From positions 868,001-932,000 of the forward strand of contig NW_027191408.1 in the NCBI RefSeq assembly GCF_041146345.1: a DNA stretch of 64,000 nt. Direction: 5' to 3'. Under the pieces are notes generated by a model. It saw only the letters and a list, made by a program, of their open reading frames with translations, had not been told where the DNA came from and ran no database searches. Source of the DNA: Neodothiora populina (Eukaryota). The position numbers were made by a program, and so were the translations under genes. Positions 59,001-64,000 of this stretch are shown one piece after another; position 1 is the first letter of the stretch, and every line of letters begins with the position of its first letter.

Positions 59001-61346
59001 CATGCCAGCAGGGAGGAAGGAGCCGAGTCTGCTAGGTCCGCGACCGGCGCCAGGAGTGTTGCCAAAGAAGTTGCTGTGACCCAGACCTGCCAAGCTTGGC
59101 GATTGAATCTCCGCACCCGAGCCAAAGACGTTGTCTCCAAAGTTGGTGGCCAGACCGGGACGTTCGCGGGTAGGAGTGCCGATGGAGCCCTGACCCGAGC
59201 CCCATGTGGACGATCCACCCAGACCTGGCAGTGCTCCCAAACCGCCCAAGCCACTCAAACCCTGAAAGCCTCGTTGCGGTCCAACACTGGAAGTCTGGCT
59301 GCGATCGCTGGGAGGCGCGGCCGGAGCCCTACCAAGGTTAGGAATGCCAGCACTGAAGCCGCCCATAGAAGAGATTGACTCGCCCATGAAACCACCAAGT
59401 CCCGGCAAGTGCGAAGTCTTCATGTCTGGACTGCCATTGTCAAGATCGTCCGGATCCGCTCCATGCTGTTCGGGGCTCTTGTAAGGATTGGTGTCGGTTG
59501 GGCTCATTGGTTCGTTGCCGGTCTGACCCTGTTGCTGGTGCTGCTGGGCGCGGGGCTGAGGAGTACCATGGTATTGTTCGTGCTGTTGCTGGTGCTGCAT
59601 AAGGCCACGGAAGGTAGATGGGTCCGAAGTCATACCAAAGGCGCCGAAACCAAACTTGTCACGCGAGGGTTGGCGACTCGGAGTGCCCATGTTTCCAAAT
59701 TCGGGACGGTCGCGTTCGTGCACAGGGGAATCGTCGCCCCCACCTAAAGCTGCGCTTCCGGTAGGGATGTCGTCCTCCTCGGGCTCCTCTGGAAGATGGG
59801 TCTGGGCTTGATCCGATGCGCGCCAGGCTGCACCTCCAATGTTGCCGAGAGATGGCTTCTCGGTCAGTGAGCGCCCCTCGTCGGCCGTCTCCTTAGACAT
59901 GAGACCTTTAAAGCGGCTCTCAGCTCTCCCACCAGCTAAGCCAGGCCGCTTGTCGGTAGGTGTTCCTGCTCCAGGCACATTGGCTCCGACGGCGAAGTTG
60001 CCAAAAGCGCCCATTGGAGAAAAGGCAGCACCGGTCTGCGGACTGGAGGCCCAGGGTGATGACGGACCACCTACACCTGCACTCAAGGGACCGGTAGGCG
60101 CCCGTTTCAGCGTTCCAAAGGGCGTGCGCGTGGCATCGGTGGACTCTTCGGCAGGCCTGTCCTCGGCAGTGTCGGTCTTGATTCCAGCGGGTTGGTCCTT
60201 GAAATCTGTCCTGCTACGGGTAAGAGCAGGAGGGGGTGAGGCGGCGCGAGGATCATCGCGGGAAGTCTTGGAGACAGAAGGCGAGTTGGGAAAGGGATAT
60301 GCTTCCTGGGTCTGCTGTCGTCGAGCTCCGGGACGAGTCGAAGTACTGGGCGAGTTGACTCCAAATGCGCCTGGGGTGGTGACCTGAGACACGGAGACCT
60401 TGCGGTTTGTTCCTTCTCTTGCTGCAGTGGCCTCTTTGGAGGCCTGGGTGGGTGGTTTCAAGGGAGAATTGACAGATGTAAAGACCTATGCGTGTCAGTT
60501 AGCCCGGAGGGCTTCTTTGCAAGAGAAGAGGTAAAGCATGATCAAGACAAACCTCCTTCTCCTCGTCGTCCATGTCTACCAATCCAATAGGCGCGACAGA
60601 GCCATCTTTATCCCAGCATACTTCGGGACCAGGCACATTATCCTTCCCTTGGTCGTCTCTTCGATTCCAGGCTCCCGACGACTGTCCGTTGGTGACTCCG
60701 GGCTCCCAGCCGGGCATGAAGAGTGGGTTTAGTTCGTCCAAGCCTGCGCCGTCCGCCTGAGCTCTGAAGAGGTCGAGTAATTGGTTCTTGGAGTAGCGCG
60801 TGTCTACATAGGAGCCGTTACGATGCGGCGGAACATACACAGCGGCAGGCGCATTGGTAGAGGAGGCGGCGGTGGTGGTAGTGGTGTTGCTTTCTCGAGG
60901 CAGCGCATTTGAGCTGGGGGCGGTTGTGGCGAGGGACGGACGGCGGAAGGTTTGTGTGAGGCCATTCGTTCGGCGAGGTGCTCTGTCGAGCTTGTTAGAC
61001 ATGTCATGTACATGATGGCAGTGGCGAGCATGTCATGAGTTGCGTGGATATGTGCAAATAGGGTCGATGAGATAAGTGATCAAGAAGCTCTCAGCCAGCG
61101 CACGCATGCGGAATGGCTGGTGATGTCTCGATTCGGAAGGGGCTAATTCGAGCAACACAAGGAAGGAGGGGGGAGAATAAAAACAAAGGCGACGAGACAT
61201 GAGCGCAGCAAAGGACCTGGGAAATTGAGGCCGAGCTTCACGCAAAACAGATGTACATACCGATCGCCACTGATCTCGGGGCGTAAGGGAGTACTTGGTG
61301 AGTTGATGCCCGCTGCGGCGGAGGCGAATGTGCTTGGGGGTGCCAT
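56098..61346 (-). CDS. GYF-domain protein (Smy2/Syh1/GIGYF-like); introns 60983-61260, 60486-60552, 56478-56533
   Basis: GYF domain [28 protein letters not shown], N-terminal RYSKNQLLDL (YxxxxLL 4E-binding-like motif), SLKEIQEAE, C-terminal DSRHFAEEFLRRR. Confidence 0.9.
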
Positions 61347-62205
61347 TTCAATTCAAGTCAAGCTGCTGTCGATGTCTCTTTGCGGAAATGGACAAGCCTG
61401 TTTTGTGGATTGATACGATTGTCTTTGGTTTTTTTTTTTTTGGAAATTTGTTCCAACCTGACGCGAGTTTGTTGAATGAAGACGGGATATTTCTTCTGGA
61501 TTGCTGGAGTTGACCTGCTGATGCGGTTCTGAATGCAAAAAATGGTACGCGCTTGCTTCTTTTGACGGTTTACGACTTGCGTGGTTGGTGGCTTTCACGA
61601 CGGACAGAGAGAGAAGGAAGAGTCCACGGCGAGCTTCTTGGCGCTTTCTGAGCCCGCCAGCGATCAAAGCTTGTCTTTCATCATCCATCCACCGCGCACT
61701 TTGATCAAGAAAACACACCTCTCTACTGTACCCTTCATCAGACCTTGTATCAGACCTTCTACTATAGTACAATATACCGTATTTCAGCAGTGGACAAGAA
61801 TCTCAGCTTATTTGTTTGACATGAATGGGCTCGGCTGATGGTCTTCACCACTGTTACAGTGTGCAACTTCAGCGTCGGCTTGCAGCATTTTAGCCACTTG
61901 AGCTACTGTACAAGCACAGCTACAAATAACATTACTCGCTTGCCTCCTTCTGCACTAATGGGGAGGCGTCCGCTATGACCGAACAAGACACGCGACGCCC
62001 TTAGCGTGGCTGGCTTATTACGCGATGCGACTGGACGTCATGGTTGTGGAGTACTGAGGACTGTTGTGCACAGAATACAGCAGCACAACACTCATACTAC
62101 ACGTGTACGGTATATAGCTATAGTATATTGACTAAGGTAGCAATAGATTTGTTGTCTGAACGCTGACGCATGGTCTGAGTGATAGAACAAAAAAACTCTT
62201 CTGAC

Positions 62206-64000
62206 CTATTTCTGACCAGAATACTCTGCGCACTTCTGTGCGAAATGGCCCTTGACCTCTTCCGCCAGCTTTCCCGTCGTGTCTGCGACGATCGCACTGA
62301 CAAGCGAATAATTATTGACAAGGAATCTTTCCCTTTTCTTGACCTCTGCAAACCCTTTACTCATCTTGAGCAAAAACGCCTCAAAATCATTACGTAGTCT
62401 GCCGAGACTGTTATGCACGGGTTCGTCGTCACCGGCTTCACCGCTGAGCGCCAGTATACCTTGAGTGAAGATTGCGAATTGCTGAGTTATGGGATGTGGT
62501 GCAATCGACTGTGGGTTTGCAGAGCTCGTCAAACTCAACGCTGATCCAACTGGCTTTCCGGCCAGGGCAGTTGTGTGACGTCGGAGCGACTCGCAGTGCA
62601 TGTCCATGACAATCTGGAAGCGAGGCCATAGCAACATGCCTGTCCCGAAGATGTATCCTTCCAGTGAAGGCACCTTTCTCCGCTGTAGTTCGAATGCAAA
62701 GTGTTGATTGAGCCGCACGCATATCAGCACACCAAGAGCGTCTGCATTGGGATCGATGAGCTGCTTGGTCAACGCGTAACCTAGCGCCAGTGTGGGCTCG
62801 AATATCTCAGTGAACATGCGATTGACTGCATGGAAAGATTGCTTTGCAAAGAACTCCGTCAAAAACGAGAATTCGGCAGAGGCATTATCAACGAGCGCCA
62901 AATTGAAGGCGCGGAATGGCACTTCGAGATAGTGCGTCGACCTGTCCTCTTCCGCCACGCTCGAGGTCATAGCATGTGTCGCCGTGCTGCGCAGTATATC
63001 CATCCGACGACCGAGCGAGAAGGCATCGTGCGGTGCGGTGGCTGGCTTCGACCCTCCGAGCATGCCCGTCCGTTTGGTGGCGTCATCGTTGGCTAATGCT
63101 TCGGTTCTTTCAATCACATGGATCCGAAGCTTTTCTATCGAGCTTTTATACCGCGTGAAGTGGTGTAGATAGTACCATCTCATAGTGTTGATGTAAGCCT
63201 TGCTGATCTCTTCGCCCAATTGCGGCTGATCTCGGGACAGGAAGGCAAAGGCATCTTTGTAGCGCAGGAAAGCATTACGCTGCAACACTTGGGCGTTGAC
63301 TGCTGGAGCTCGTAGAGCCTTGATCTGCGTGACAACATGATCCCGGACACGCTCGGTGGCCTTGTCTTTGAGGTTGCCAATCAAGGGCCTCAAGTCTGAC
63401 ACGCCTTTGGAGTCTGCGCCGGACTTTGTCTTGAGGTCGATTATCTTGGCCCTCTTCTCCAATTCGGCCAGCGCCTTGATCCATGCATCATCAATGGGTC
63501 CATCGGTGATTTTGCGAACAGTAGCAGGAGCGATGCTTAGGGAGTCGACTTCGGGTCCTAGCAGCTTTTCGACGTCTTTGCGGCTTTCTAGTCTGGTGTT
63601 CAGCGAGGCGGAGCGTTGTTGCAGCGTCTCGATCTCGGCAGACACAGCGGCGAGGTCGGCCTGGAAACTGTGCAGATACGTCTCGACCGACTTCAAGACC
63701 TCGTCGCACGCTGAGATGGATTGGTGCAGGTCCTCAAATTTGCTCTTCTCCTTTTCGTCTGGGCGGATTCTGAGTAGGAAATTCGCAAGGGGTAAGGATG
63801 GTCGCGTACATACACTCTTGAAAAGACTGCGAATCTTCCGGCTCGTCTTGCTGCGCAGGGGCCGTGACAGATTGCGTGTCCACAAATTCTTGCAAGCTTA
63901 ATTGTCCAAAATCTATCTGGTCGATGAGCTCCTGACGTTGTTGCGATTCGGAGCGAGTGTCATCCTCCTGCGCATTGCCGGCGAAGGAAGGTCCAAGGAT
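62206..64000 (-). CDS. VPS52: GARP complex subunit Vps52/Sac2, 5' end outside the window; intron 63759-63813
   Basis: FEDLHQSISACDEVLKSVETYLHSFQADL, YINTMRWYY, FRAFNLALVDNASAEFSF, LWPRFQIVMDMHCESL, FLVNNYSL. Confidence 0.92.

Overview
Gene-dense, intron-containing genomic DNA from a filamentous ascomycete (Pezizomycotina; Eurotiomycetes/Chaetothyriales is only a guess). I reconstructed 24 protein-coding genes by hand from the ORF track and GT..AG introns. In order: BST1 (3' part), IRC3, RRN5-like, HsbA-like, BOS1, TEP1/PTEN, an F-box-like protein, CTK2 cyclin, an RBM26/27-like protein, an unknown Pro-rich protein, SDT1-like nucleotidase, a multi-KH protein, an acetoin/diacetyl reductase-like SDR, ASK1, a small unknown protein, STU1/CLASP, a BSP-family metallopeptidase-like protein, the divergent niiA-niaD nitrate assimilation pair, a RING-H2 E3 ligase, FIS1, SPC24, a GYF protein and VPS52 (3' part). 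There are two intron-containing tRNA genes, Tyr-GUA and Asn-GUU. I saw no transposons, CRISPR arrays or rRNA. The most unusual structure is the intact tRNA-Asn gene, with its own tRNA intron, nested in sense orientation inside a 329-nt spliceosomal intron of the SDR gene. Other points worth checking: a dense TACWGTA motif array upstream of the small unknown gene, a niiA-niaD pair with no adjacent nitrate transporter, and probable cryptic mitochondrial presequences. Family assignments rest on motif recognition, not database searches. I found no evidence for a wholly new multi-gene system.
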